Part shown: positions 27,238 through 41,917 of the stretch, one piece after another | How the letters are laid out: every line of letters starts with the position of its first letter | How positions within the stretch are numbered: position 1 is the first letter of the stretch | Assembly: GCA_051362555.1 (NCBI GenBank) | Contig: CM120641.1 | Location: forward strand, 26,232,401 to 26,296,400 | Direction of reading: 5' to 3' | Source: Lingula anatina | Lineage: Eukaryota; Animalia; Brachiopoda | DNA length: 64,000 bases | Program-made: the position numbers and the translations under genes | The notes under the pieces: generated by a model | Databases searched by the model: none | What the model was told of the DNA's origin: nothing | The model's input: the letters and a program-made list of their open reading frames with translations, nothing else

Positions 27238-30200
27238 CTATTGAACGTCACCATACATGCGCCGGTCATTTCTCTGACCTGCAATTTGCACCATGGTCAT
27301 TCCCCACAATATGCTCCATATCCAGCCGACTATGATGATAGTGGTCGCCAGCTGGAGCAAGGCAGCCAGGAGGTTGTAGAAGAAGGCGAAAATCGGCTTG
27401 GAGGACCGGGTCTGACAGCCGCAGAAGACGGTGAAGGAAGAGATGAGAGTGCCTGGGAAAGAAACAAAACAGATGTCAGGGTGGATGGAATAGTTTGCTA
27501 CAGTGATCAATTAAAAGACCATTTGATATTTAGTGCTGCTTTTTGAAAGATTCGCTCCTCCTCAAATCAATCAATAAATGCCGTTATTCCTGCACATGCT
27601 TTACAAAAATGTTTCTTGGAGAACGAGTTTTACTCAAAAGAAAACTAATAATGCTTGGAAACATCCTAATTTTTTTTCATTTAAAGAATCTCGTTATCAT
27701 ACTTGACTTACAGCTAGGGTAAATAGTTTTTTTAGTTGCAAGCCAACTTTGATAATAGAAATAATACCCACCACTTTCTCAAAAGCCGGGGGATTTTGTT
27801 TGTATTGTTTTTGTACTGACTCAAAAATCAACCTCAAATAGAATTCTAACACAGTACTGCTACACGGATATTTATGGTATAACCAGCATTTTGCTTATTA
27901 TGATAATCCGGCTTTATGATAGCTTCTTGCTACCCACTACATGACCACAGATTGATCTTTCACTACATATTCACGAATAGGTCTCTGGTTAAATTGGCGG
28001 TCATTCTTTGTAGCCTACTCTGTTGCGTCAGAGAAAATGTCCACATAATAAAAACTGCGGCTCTGGTAGGTAATGCCGGAGTTTAGGATATCGCAATGAA
28101 AGGAGTTTGCTAACTGCTTTGACTGCCTCCTACCCCCACACCTTTTGGATCCACTTATGTTCTTATTCAGGATATTTATCATCTGATATAAATAACCTTT
28201 CTTTCATAATAACCAAGTAATAACCAGGTATTTTGCACGTTTATGTTAGTAAAAAGACACGTACGATCTCCTTTCACATTGCTTGTCCGTATCATAAAAA
28301 GGCGGGGAAGATTCCTATTAAAACGAAATGGAGAACAGTTGAAACTAGGTCTGTTTTCCTGTATCATGTGTTAGTATGGTCTTCCATGGATCATAGGGAG
28401 ACTGGTAAAGGGTGGGATACATGTGAATACCTGCATTCGACCTCGACAACATTCTACATCTTTTTTATTTATGGTTTCACTTGCTTTTCGTATTGTATTT
28501 ATGCTTACATAGATTTGTTCGACGTATGCAGCCACTCTAGTAAATCACAATGAATTATACATGGCACATGTGAGACGGAACTGCATTTATGAATACCACG
28601 TTTTAGCATCGAATGCTGTGCTTCAGCACTCCTTATATTAAGAGTCCTATATGCCAGTGCGTATACATATAGTTTTGTTTACAGTGAGGATATGTATTGC
28701 ACACATGTTGCATATACCGATATGCTAAATCTTACGTTCACTTTAATTCCTTTTGCATAACATGTAAATTTACATGTTCCTGTACCTTTACGTAGAATAT
28801 GAGTCTAACTCTAAGCAATGTTTTTTCAAGACTCACTTTATTGAAAAGAGGAACACGAGAATGGCAACATTTCAAACCTAGAACAAATACCTTACCTGTA
28901 TTTTTTTTTAAACCGAATACTTTCAGATACAAGAATGCACGTTTCTTAGAGATATTTCAACCCGTGGTATTTCCGCCTTCGTACATCAAACGAACGTCAA
29001 AACATACTTTTTTGTAGGCCCACATGTATGTAGTGAAATGGATTCATATAATCTCTGACTTAACGCTTCGGTTAATTTCTTTTATTTTAATTTTCATGTT
29101 TTGGTAGATAGTTCATGAAATATTTTATGCCGTGTACGGTTTGTGCATACTGTATGGCAGACGACAGAAAGTTTGCTTGTAAACAAATAATGTAAATTCA
29201 AACAAGCGGACACGTGCCCCTCCCTTAACATTTGAGGTATCCCCCCCTCACCCTCCCACACACACTCAAAAAGAAAGAAAGAAAAACGCATAACGAGCGA
29301 AACGGTACAGAAACCAAGCGATACCTCATCCAGACGCCCTACATAACACAGTGCAACTGTCCTCGTCTAGTTTTTATGTTTATTGATCGAGGCTAGTCTA
29401 GTTTTTTATGTGAGTGCCCCGGCTCATCCCCCCCCCCCTCCCTCTTCCCTTCAAAAATATCCTGAATCCACAAACGTTAAGGTAAACCGACAGATGATAC
29501 CAGTACCAAAAATATGTGATTTATGTTGCGATTTGGTCCCAGCATGTTATATTTTCAGGTGCTTAGAAGCAGCCGCGGATGATTGCTACAGTAAACCTGA
29601 GCGTGAAAGTAGTGGCCATTTCACTCAGTAGTAATATCCGACGAATATGATGTGGGAATGGAAAAGCAATTGCCTTGAGTGAATTCTGCATGATTATGGG
29701 CAAAGTTTAAGATAATTTTTAATGTTTACCCAACGTGATTTTATCGCCAGAAAATTGAGGCTGTACCTAAACATGTGCAAGATAAGTCACAGAAATAAAA
29801 AGCCACTTATCGACAGCTGCACCTATAATACTTAATGAAATGCACACAACTTAATGGCCTGGAAAACAGCAAATATTTATCAACGAAAGGTGATGCTGAT
29901 TAGATTTAGAGTATACTTAACCTGATTAAGAGAATTTGTGAGAGAGAAAAATTCATGCATTTGTTGATACGTGAGCAGGAATTGAGGTTCTACTCGTCGA
30001 CCGTTGGCAGAAATGCCATAAGGTGGTAGCCTAAATTATGGGAAAGGTAAATGCTTAATGTTACCCGCGAGGCAAGGTGAAACCATTATTGCAGACTGAA
30101 ATTTACGAATCGTTATTTTATATAGAAAAGCTCTGAAAGAACGGCATCAGTTCAAGTTTTAAAAATATGTCGTTATGCAAGCTAAATATATCCCACTTGT

Positions 30201-30679
30201 TGTTGTTGTTGTTGTTCCTGCTGTCGTTTAATTTTGCAATTTGGTTATACATTTCATAAGGTCAAAAACTCTGCCTAATTGAATTTGGCGTCAGCTGGCT
30301 ATGTGCAGAACCGCGTATTGCATCTACATGTATGCATCTGAAATGAAATGTACGATGCCATGTTCATGACAACGCTGTAAAGCAGTGTGCTGACTTCCAT
30401 GAATAATGGAATTTATCTGAGGCTGGTACCCATTCTGTCCAAGAAATGACGAGGAAGTTTGTTTGAGAAGTGTTGCAGTGTAAATCGGGAACAGGGAAGT
30501 TATGTGTCAACGTGTGGAAAGTCTTCACCACGATGAAGCACAAAATTCTTTCTCGGAGGTCAACTATCTATAGACAATACATGTCAATGCAGTATGGCTA
30601 CTTGGTCCACTGATATCGTATTTTGCATAGGCCTACCGTTTAATTACACAAGTGACCGCAAGTTATCTATCCCCCCTCT

Positions 30680-30721
<42 letters not shown>

Positions 30722-31216
30722 AAGTTACGCCCCTGACACCGGTTATATATTTCTTGGAAGGGCCATGTAAGTCGTTACGTAGACATCAAAATATGCTTCC
30801 TTTGCAAAAGTTAAAAGAAAAAAAAAGCAAGTCAGCTTTTCTTAAAAGTGTTAGTAAATGTGGTATATATAGAGTTACTTACCAATTCCAGGTGCCACGA
30901 CGTTTAGTATACACAGAATTATAGCTAATGGAAGAGGCATAGAAGGAATGGCACTTCTAAAAGGTCCTTGTTTTTCCTCAACTCGAAGAACTTCCAGTCT
31001 GCGCGCGTCACGTACTGGATTTGGCTGGGTTGCCTGTGCAGGAATCGACCCCCTGGAGGGCACTTGCTTTGTTTCATCACTTTTGGGGGTTTCTATGTTC
31101 ACCTTTTCCTCATCTTTTTTGACGGTTTCGGGTTCTGGTTTTGGTGAATTGTTCAACTCTGCGTTTTCATCGTCTGTTTCCGCTACTTGCACATCCAACT
31201 GGGCGACATCGGCCAT
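27238..31216 (-). CDS. Stum/SPEC3-family membrane protein, paralog A
   Basis: Exons 31216-30883 and 27452-27238 give AIPSMPLPLAIILCILNVVAPGIGTLISSF...LLQLATTIIIVGWIWSILWG, the SPEC3/Stum signature. Confidence 0.92.
30683..30717. repeat. (CA)n microsatellite
   Basis: Directly visible. Confidence 0.95.
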
Positions 31217-34007
31217 GTTTGCTCTTTAAAAATGACACACTACTAAAAGCAACTACAAGTTTTTTTTTGTGTGTGTTTTCACTCTTCCTGGAAAATCAAA
31301 ACACTCTGTTCAATTTTCGAATGGGCTGCAGCTCCAACAACTTGAATTATTGAATAAGTTGTCTTTTAAAACGAATTTGGCCAATCCGAAAGATATTCCG
31401 TATTTTGTGTTTTTAATTGAAGCAAGCCTCCGTTGTGTCGAGGTTCCAAGTCTCATTTCATATCTTTTCTCCGTTGCTTTCTCCTCTCTGAACACTGCAG
31501 TGTGAGCTTTCCCCTGGTCGTCAAGAGAGGTTCGTTAATTACCACACGATCTCTTGATCACACAACCATATCCTCACAATTCTCCTTTCTTGTTGTAAAA
31601 ACAGTGCTCTTTTCTCAAGATTTTAAACTTTTGAAAGAGTCAACTTTCCTATGACTGGCGGGTTATCAGCGATAGAGCTGCTAATCTAGCCAGGTGAGCC
31701 CAGGTAAAGCGCCGTGTGTTTCGCGTCCGCTTAACGCTTCCTTTCTCGCTGAAATCTCCCGAAATGCTGGGGAGTATAAATATGTTTGACGGCGCAAAGC
31801 CCTAATAAATCAGACTCTAGGAAATCCCAGCAGGTACGGCGGTGAGCTGAAAGATGAAAAAACACTCGATCTCTTTGAACATAAATACTGCAACTCTGAC
31901 TACATTCAAAGAATCAGTTACATTCAATTAGCTTGGACAGTATGCACTATTGACAGAACGGCGTTGTCTCTCTGTCGTTGTTTATGCTGAGCTAGTAGAC
32001 GCTAGCTTATAGTTCAAGGAATTTTGCCGAGTGCCTCGCACTAAACGATTTGCCAGGTGAGGTTTTTAAATAGATACGCTGCGGTTGCTCTAAATACCCC
32101 TAATACAGTAACGGTGTGAGTGAGGCTCAATACACCGTGCGAAGAACGCAAATATTTGCCGAAGTCCTCTTTAACGAGCTATCATCGAAAAAAAGTTTCC
32201 CAGGGGTTTGAGTAACAAGAGTTATACTTTACGGATACAATTTATTTGACATTTGAAATATTCACTGAAGATATGTAACACTGAAAATTGTATTATTTAA
32301 CTTCATTTACTCCAATTTCACCCTAGTCCCCTTCTCATCCTGTGTAGCCTGAACATCTCAAGCACCTGTGTGTGTGTGTTGAGCGTAATATTTAACTGCG
32401 GCAGACAGCTCATCCACATTAATCGAAGCCAAGATTTGGTGATTGCCTCGTGCAATACGAGAAGACTTGATCCAGGTGTAAAACGTTTCGTTGGTTGATA
32501 TGCATGCGATTCTGGTTAAGTAAATGTTTTCCGATTGGGTCATGCTATTGCAAATTTTATATTTTAAAGCTATTAATCATAAAGAGTTATTCCTAGGTTA
32601 ACGTTAAAATACATGTATGATTTTGTTTTCTTCAATTTATATATAATATCATTCCATAGAATTATTTAAGCTCATCCAAGTCTATAATAAATATATATTA
32701 GAAGGAGGGGGGGGGGGGGGGACAGATACCTTTAAATCTGAACCGAAAACCTCGTTACTCGTGAACATCCAAACATCATCAATCCGTGAAACCTAGGGCT
32801 TGTTTTGTGGGTCCTGGATGAAATGTAAGACTTAAGCCTTGGCATTTTGCCAACTACTCCGCAAACAGGGCCACGTATACTTGTCACTTGTGAAATGGCG
32901 TTAATGCTAAGTCAATTTGATTCCATAATGGTTTTTTTTCAAACAAGAACTGAAAAAAACATTACTGCCTTCCATAATTATTTTAGCTGTTGTTTGGAGA
33001 AAGTATTATTGTAACTTTGTGCGTGAAACAGCTTATGAAATTCTTTGTTGGACATTTTAATTCAATTTTCATTTTAGCTCTCGTTATTGCAATTTAAAAA
33101 AAAAAAAAACCCGTCCGTTAAACATGTATGAAGTGGAGAAGTGCGGCTGCTGTATTTTCAAATTGCGATAGGTGAGAAGAATGAACACAATAAAGAGCCA
33201 GTGGGATCGTCAAAGTACTGGGCAAAAATGATGCCTTTCCATCCGATCTGTTTGTGACTTTTCATGAAATTTTTGTTTTTGTTAAAATTTAATTGAATCA
33301 GTTAATGAAAGACGCCAATCATATTTATTTAAGTATGTTCACTATTTGACAAGCCTTTCCCTTTTTTCTGTATTTTATGAGGGTATTCAACCGTAAAAGA
33401 TTAAAAACAAAATGCTGAATACGTGGTTTTCAGTTCCACCGACCCTTTCGGTCCTTTCACTTGAAATCCCGACTCCCATATTGGCTTCTACTGCATACAA
33501 TGCACCCACTGCATGCTCAAAAGAGACTATAGTACACGTTTTACTTTCAAATTTAATAAATTTTATGCACTCTTTCAGGGTTGAGTATTTAATCAAATAT
33601 AAAGAAAAGCAGATAAAACATAATAACCCCCCCCCCAAATAAATAAATAAAAATAAAAAGAACAACTGTGCACTTGGAGTAATGCCTTTAAAATGTTTTT
33701 GAATCTTTTCGTTTGCTGCACAATAAACATGATTATTATTAGTCTCACATTATTGCAGCTAATATAAATTGAAATAAATATATGTCAGATACGCATAAAA
33801 TGAATTCTTATTTCAGTGAAATTTAAAAGTGATATCCACCCACTTTTTCGAGTATATCGGCCTTCAGCTTTGGAGTATACATGTACCTTAAATACCGATA
33901 TTTTTCATCCTCTCAGTAATGCATTGTTTTTTTTTCACAGTGCTTCACACGATTTACTGTCTGTTTATATACAGGACACAGTGACGTAAGTAGACAAATA
34001 GTTACCA

Positions 34008-37000
34008 CTACGTCATCGTGGCATTTCCATGAATAACAATCCCCTCTAGTCTTTCCGGACTGATCAAATAGTTTGAAATTTGTTCCGCGCTCTGCCCACG
34101 AAGAAGTCTTTGGTGACGAACGCTGTTTGGGTTAAAATTAGGAATAGTTCTAGTGTTTGTTTTGTCGACTGGCTGCACGATGATGGGCGCTTCTTGCAGT
34201 ACTATTATAGGTGCTGTTTGAGAACGTGGCACACCATCCGATCTGCTCCTATCTGCTGCGGGGACTGTTAGAGCTGGCAGCGCAGTGGCCTCTCTTGCTG
34301 GAGAGGCGACAGAGGGGGACAATGTTGCCTCGGGTATATTTCTTGTTTCTCCGTTTTGCAGTTCTTTTTTCTCTCCCGAATCTTTGCCCGTTTCGTCGTC
34401 AGTCGACGCATAGTAATATTCATCTAAAAAGAACAGTTTTAACTACAATTTGATTTATAATTACTTACATGACATTTTAAACATCACTACGTCATAAAAG
34501 AATCAAAATATAATAGGAAAAGAGAGGTGTAAATAACAAAGCAGAAAAAGACTTTTGAAGATTCCTTTGTCTATAGCTACTTATATTTATCTGGTCTTAC
34601 CAGCTAATGTTTCATCTGCTTGCAGAATTTTCAGAAGTCTATTACAATATCATAGCGAATGAAACTGTTTTAGAAAGGTAACCAGTTTAATTTAAATTGA
34701 TCAAACATTAGAGAAAATGATAACGAAAAAGGATGGCAAACTCCCACGTGGAGTGCCTAGTGGTGGCGTCGAGAACGATTGAAATTACTCCAAACTTTCC
34801 TGGAGGTGAAACCCTGCAAATTTGGAATGAATTTTTATAAACCCTTTTACCCAACCGTAAGGTGGGACGATATGAATTTCGGAGGTACTCGACCGTGCGG
34901 CGAGGCAGCGGGAGCGCCCATATCATAGAAGTGTGCGAGAAACGGGACACTTTCTGGACAGATCTGCCGAATCAACAGCGATCAATGTTCAGACGTGTCA
35001 CCTGGACACACGCCTCCGTGTAAACAGGCCGAATTCCGCTGTATATGTAGCATGTGTATAAATGCACGCGGTCGATATGGTTTTATAATGCAAGTGTCAG
35101 AGCATAAGGGTTATTATTTCTTTATACGGTATTTAACATGATGTCTAAATATTTTCAATATTAAAGGTATGTCAGTCTGTGCCTTAAAATAAGCCAAATA
35201 ATGTACATGATTAATGAATTTTTTATCTCTATCTTCATATCTGCATGAACACGTGCTCCAGTGTGCATGCACTGGTGCTGCCATCTGTAGCTAGATGTAA
35301 ACAGCAATGTACCGGTATATTTATATTGCACCAATGCGTGCTCGTGCTGCGGTTGTTTTAGGTAAATAAAATGAAACAAAAGCAGGCAGTTGTCAACTTA
35401 AAACATTATACATCAGCAGCACGTTTTTAAACGATTAAATTAGTCTACACATTATGCTTTTAAGGAAAAATTGATTTTGACTGTTAATTATAACGTACTG
35501 ATATGTAATTTATAATGTAAGCCTATTAAGATTATCTTTTGTTTGAGCGGTTAATAATTTTCAATCGCAAAGTAGTGATAAACGAATAAAGGACATTCAA
35601 AAGTGTGGCCTCTTAAGGACTTGGTGCGTGATGTCAAATTTCAATATATGTTCTTACTAATGAATATCGGGATATCAACGTAAAAACATGGTGTTTTGAT
35701 ACAGAATATTCGCCCCTATGCTTTGATTGATAGATCAGTCATTTCAGAACACAGTTTTTAAAAACGAAAGAAAAATACAAAACGCTATACAGGTAGGTCT
35801 ACACGCATGCATATTGCTCAGCATTTAGCATGTAAAACTAGATAGTGGTATGGATATAATGCATACTATTTTTGAACTGATACATGGATTTGGTCCTTTC
35901 AGGTTATGTTGCCAGATGTTTAAGGCGAATCTCATCATATATCACATTTGTTTGGGAATCCTAATAACCTATGCGCACAAATATATACCGAGGAACTAGA
36001 TCTAGTCTAAAAAGAAATCATTCGTGAACAGCAATTCGTAATTTAACGGGTCTGTTGATAAATAAAAAAGGTTTTGAGGGATTCATCATGGCTTGGTGAG
36101 CACAGGCATCACATTAAATCAAGAACGTGCCTTTTGCAGCATGCGTGCGCAGTGTGGATATTTTTTAAAATATCAAATTTATTTCATCTTTCATTATTTT
36201 CCAATTTTTTTTTTCAATTTTACATAATTATTTATTAATAATTATCGAAACTTACTTGAAATTGATATAAAAGCTATGCCCCATATGATGCTCCATATCC
36301 AGCCTAACAGCAGCAAGAAAGTGGTGCAGCACTGAAGCACAGCCACCCAGGTATTAATCCAGACAACTTGCAGCTTGGCGGTGCCTTCAGGTCTGGGTCG
36401 GGAGCAGCAAAGGGCAGTCAAACCCGAGATGAAAGTACCTAGATTAATAATAATAATGTAGCGTTAGGGGTCTGATGGTTCAAAGCTGGATTCAAAATTA
36501 TCCAGAAGTAAATGTTTTTTTTTATAAAGAATAGCTTACCTCAAAATGAATAAGTAAATAAAATTTAAAGAAAAAGAAGAAATTAATTCACGATAAAAAT
36601 AATTTACGACTGTTGTTTAGTAATCGATGAACATTGTCCTAAATTATAATTTGAGATTTTTGGAAAAAGTTTAATAACCGGTTGTGAGCAGAATAAAGAG
36701 GGGGGTGGGTGGGGGCATGGGGAGAGGCTTCCGGCGTCCACAATCATTGAAAAGTCTCATTCGCTATTATGTACGCACGCAGTTGCAATTCTTGGAAAAA
36801 ATAAATATTCGATTATTTGCTCTGCTTCTTCGAACACAAATTTGAATTCTCTGCATACCATCTTCACGTTTATAATACAAGTTCAGTTCAAAAGTTTTCA
36901 ATTTTTCACTGCTTCTGTCCAAAAAAAGAAAGAAAGAAACGTGATCCATACCTGCTAGGATATTAACACGGAGACTTTCAAAAGACTAGGAAACGTTGAG

Positions 37001-37585
37001 GATATAACTAGTTTAATCTAAATGGGCATTTGAATCGATCGAGTCTGAAATATGGGACAACTCCATAATATGATGAGATGTCATGCAATAGCGTGTTATC
37101 CGTATGAAATAATAATAAGTTTGAACCAAAGTCAATATCAGATACCATTTTCACTGGGGTGCTGGGGGGTGGGGGGGGGGGGGGGGGGGGCAAAGGCCTA
37201 TTTTATACTGTTCTACAATATCTAACCTACCTAGGCCGGGGGAGAGGATATTGCATATAAGACAAGCTATGGCAACTGGCCTGCTCATAGCAGGTATAGA
37301 ATCTCTCAAATTCGTCTCTGCCGATGAGCCGGTATGATGCTGCTGCTGCTGCACGGTCAAAGACCCTCGTGCAGTGGCGGGCTGGTGTGACGCTGTCGCG
37401 AAATAGCCTGGCATGACCGGGCGACTGTACCCTTTCACCGACGGCTGTGGGGAAGAAGAGGGGGAGTTGGTGCACCCGTGGTGGTGTGGCTGCGAGGAGG
37501 TTATGTGTCGTTTGGGTAACGGCGAAGGCGGGTGTGGCGGTCGACGCATTGGTGACGGCGAGGCGGCGCTATATATGGCCTGCAT
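34008..37585 (-). CDS. Stum/SPEC3-family membrane protein, paralog B, about 317 aa
   Basis: Exons 37585-37231, 36438-36256 and 34423-34008 join in frame: SIPAMSRPVAIACLICNILSPGLGTFISG...VAVLQCCTTFLLLLGWIWSIIWG, then a long low-complexity C-terminal tail. Confidence 0.9.
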
Positions 37586-39053
37586 TTTGACAGCTCACCT
37601 GGAAATAAGCATTAAAACAATCGGTTGACGTTTGTGGGCAGAGAGCTGTGTACCGTGTTTTATGCCAATGAGAATTCGACGAGGTGTGTTTATATTGATC
37701 ATAAATTCATTTTGTATTACCCAAAGAGGTAATCGCTTGATAAAAAATATCACAAGAAACAGTGCTGAGACTGAGAGCAAGAGGTGACCCCCCCCCCCCA
37801 AAAGAAATTGTTTAGCCGGACACTATTGACCTTTAAGAAATTACGTGCCCTCTACCAAGTGGCAGAACATACAGTTAACTACATTGCATGACGTGTTTCC
37901 AACTTTTCCGTGACCTTAACAGAACTCTGGCCTTCCCGAAGCTGGGTTAAACTTAACAACAAAGTAATTAAGCACCGCGGTATGCCTTATTTCTTAGGGT
38001 ATATATATGTTCTGAATTAATTTTCACCCATTAGAAAAACGTACCATAGGCTCTAGCTTAACAGGTAATAACTCCAGCAATTAGGGACTACTCCAAGATC
38101 AAACAGAAGTACAGATGTAATTATTGCTGGTGTTATCAAAATGTATGTCTTGCACACATTTATTTCAGCTCAAATAACTTGAAAGTAGTTTTTGAAGCAG
38201 TCGTCATCGATCGCGTGTTCTGGGTGATCTCCTCCTAAATTTAATATCTACAACACGCTCTATCTCTCTGTGGGTAATCTTATATATCAATCAATTACAA
38301 TTCGCATCAATATGACATTGCCAAATATTATCCACCAGAGATAGAAACAAAGACATGCCCATATCACATTCGGTCTGAATTTCGCTACAAGAAAACTAAC
38401 GTTATGAGAATATCTTCTCAAAATAAATAAATAAAATAAATAAATAAATAATAGATGAATAAAAACGTGTGTTCACACGCTATGGTGCGGCCGTTTGGAG
38501 AATGTATTCAGAGGAGTCTTTTGTCTATTTTCGCTGGCTGGAAATTAAAAATAGACCCAAATCGGTCTTGGTTAAAATTTATGTCTGAAAGTATTTTCAC
38601 AATAATGAACGTAGTGACATCTTTGGTTCTGACATGTAACGTGCAGTCATTGATTTTGATGCCAGGTTCTCTTCTCATTTCTCTACAACCATAACAGAAC
38701 GATTTGAGAATAAAAATGGAGTGTGATGTTCGCGAAAGTTGACATCAGCAAATACTTACAATTATGTTCACAACTGAACAGTGAAATATTCTGCAAAATG
38801 TTTGTCTTGTTGCAATCGTGAAAAGAGAGCAGACATTAAGTAACATAAAAACCCATGCCGTAAAGTCAAGATCATAACACAACCAGAAACCCAAAAGAAT
38901 AACAACTGTTCATTTTGGCCAAAAATGAATTTTCCTGTGATAAACGACAAATTTCCATACTTACCAATGGTTAATGAATCCATTCCTACATTCAAAGTCA
39001 GTCACTGTTTTTTTTTTCCTATTTTTGATTTCACATAGTCCAATGACAAGCAC

Positions 39054-39176
39054 AGATTTCAGAATAATTGCTATAACTGCCGTTTTGTGGTAAAATAGAA
39101 AATATTATATTTTTATGAGTTGTTTACAATGTATTTATTGTGAAATATAGATCTCATACGAAACGTTGTTATCCCT
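39054..39176. repeat. Dispersed repeat fragment, also present at about 22494-22617
   Basis: Shared atttcagaataattgc..taac..c.gtttt.gtggtaaaat.gaa...gttgtttaca.tgtattt...ttatccct. Confidence 0.75.
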
Positions 39177-41702
39177 TTAAACTTAGTATTTAGCGATGAG
39201 AGGAACATCAAAAGGACTGATTTTGGCGCGAAACATAAAGCATATAAATAAGGCGAATTTTCCGAGGGTTTCTTTTACATGCATATCATCTTTGAAATGA
39301 GTTACAAAAATGCCCCTTGAATATGCCTTTTAATACCACTTTCTAGTCATTTGGCTTTTTTCCGGGAAATTGGAAATATGCATATTTTCCTGTTTCATTA
39401 AAACTTATTTTCGCAAAAATGTAATTTTGAGCAGAAAGAATTAAGTACTATCATTGACGTCACGCGCCTTTTTAACAGATTGTCTAAAAATAAAGAAAGT
39501 TACATTTATGAAAATGATCTAGTGCATCCTTTCTATTCATATAGTTTAACGTGCCTCTAGCTCTTCCTAATATCCTGATTTTCAGAATGGAAATATTAAT
39601 ATCCTATTTACTGAAAACTTTTTTTGTTAAAGACGTCCCTTAAAGTAAATAATTTTCTTGTAAGATTACGGTAACGTTGGCGTTGTGAATGTCTTTACAA
39701 AAATCACAATGGTTACACCCCGAGTTTCAAAGAATACTTAAGACCTTCTATTTAATAGTAACTCAGTGAGCTTCCATTGTCCTATTTAACTCAGGGTGGC
39801 ACGGCTGTCCACCCCCCCCCCCCCCCCACCCCCCGTCTTACCTTGAAATGACATAAAAACCTAACAATTCACTTACGCTCGTCCTGTTCTCGTGGCATCG
39901 GCCATTGGGCGTATTCAAAGCAGACGCTCACTTCTTATACATCACGAATGTCACAAGGGATGAAACATATAATATGCTAGATTGCAAACAATTTGATATA
40001 AGGCCGTATTCTATTTATCCACTGGGACAAAGAGATGGAAATTTACAGATTCTCCGCTGATCGAAGACCTTGAGGACCGCTGTGATGCTTGACCTTGACC
40101 CCATCGAAATACCGCCCCCCCCCCCCACCTCGTCGAACCAGCATTAAAATACCATTGATCACGATATTAGAAATACATGACCATAATTATATTTACTTTT
40201 CGTACGCAAATAATCTTATGGTATCCGTGCAAGAATGGCGAAAGTCAAAGATTTAGTTTTACTCAACACACGTGTTTATAAAGAATATAAATAGATAGAA
40301 AGATAGATTATGGGCATCATTTATATAAATGAATGTCTTCATGAATTATACCAATTATTCAAACGCAGGAGGTTTTTATTTTTGGTAAATAAAAGTTCAC
40401 ACCCCTCAACATATGCTTATCTCAGCTATTCATTGTGAAAATGTGTTCACACTACTTAATACCATTTTTTAAATTTTTAAAATAATATTTTGTACAAGTA
40501 CATTTTACTATTGGATGACTTGATTAGCAATATAAAATGTAACTATACAATAACAATATTGAAATACGTTTACACAAAAAATGATAGTACTTGAATCACA
40601 ATTGAAAGTAACTGTTATAAAGATAGTTCGATCAAAATAGTGTATAGAAATGAGAGCAGTATAGCAGAGTTTATTTGCTCGGTGATTTATTACAAAACCA
40701 TACATTTATTAGCAAAATCATACTATCAGGGAGTTACAAAGTATCCAAACCATAATAAAAGGCTTGAAGAACAAAATGTTATTCAAAGTCAATTATATGA
40801 TATTCATTCTGTATAGAAAACTAAAATCCAATTCTGGTCAATATACCGACTTTTAAAAATTATCTACGAACCCACAGAAATGGTATGCGAAATTTATCTA
40901 ATATAATTTGATAGCATTAAGTCCTTAAATTGAGCTGTAGATTTAAAAGATTAATTTCATCAAGGGGAGTTCAATAAGGATAAATCTCCATGGATAAATT
41001 TACCCAGGAGAGTCTGGCTCATCTGTCGATCACCTTAAATTGTTTGCTTGCATCTTGTAATTCGTCATGAAAAACCACGTTGGGCAATATATAATTATGA
41101 GTAATCAGACCCATGCCTGGGGAGGGGGGGGGGTCAGTACTTTCTACCAGAGGCCCTTCCAACTGTGCTTGTACTGAAGACCTGCAACCGATTTTGAAGG
41201 ATTTCTGGTAGAGAGTAGAGGTTCGAAAGAACCGCTCTCACATCCGCCCTGAATCAAAATTTGATTTATGGTCTATTTCATGATTGGTCAACCACAGGGA
41301 TAAAAGGGTCCACTTTTTTAATAACGTGTTACAGTAATAACTTGCTAGAAGATGGAGAGACAGTATCAGCCGATGGAAAGTATTATTGTGCTATTTAAGT
41401 TGACTCCCAGTAAGATGTGTATTTATAGCGGAGACACAGATGCTTCTTATTTTGAAATTGTCCGGGGAACATTTTAATATCTTTTTGGTGTGTTTCGTCT
41501 CTTTGTTCTGCTCAGACAGGATCGATTTCATATAGACTGCTCCGTTTTTTATGGAAATCATAAACATCCTAGAATAGCACAACAGGCCCTTAAAATTGAC
41601 AGATAATGGACCCCGACGCTGTAAACAAAGCTGTCTCATCAGGCAATATGCAAACCAAGTCATTAATGCTGCCACCGACTGCCAAGTTGTTCTAGAATTT
41701 CT

Positions 41703-41917
41703 TAGGCTCTATTCCCATAGATTTTAGATCGATCTATCCCCGCGGGGAGTCTCACTAGATTACTTTCAGATAATCCGACTTAAATGTCCGTCCCGCCTAC
41801 TACAAGCTGTAAGGGGATAATTAACTTTCGTGTCCGCCCGGCTGACAGCTATTTAGCGTGAACCCCCAGGGAGTTAGGTCGATCTAAAGTAGGTCGATCT
41901 AATCTATGGAAATGGGG
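41703..41917. mobile_element. Short MITE-like element with imperfect inverted ends
   Basis: attcccatagattttagatcgatcta ... taggtcgatctaatctatggaaat. Similar sequence lies at about 8150-8290 and 11480-11530. Confidence 0.6.

Noticed and set aside
27241-27546. 101-aa plus-strand ORF
   Set aside because: Antisense shadow of Stum paralog A exon 2.
2440-37585. A functional 'ciliary cluster' of DNAL1 and the Stum/SPEC3 genes
   Set aside because: Unrelated housekeeping genes lie between them; there is no evidence beyond proximity.
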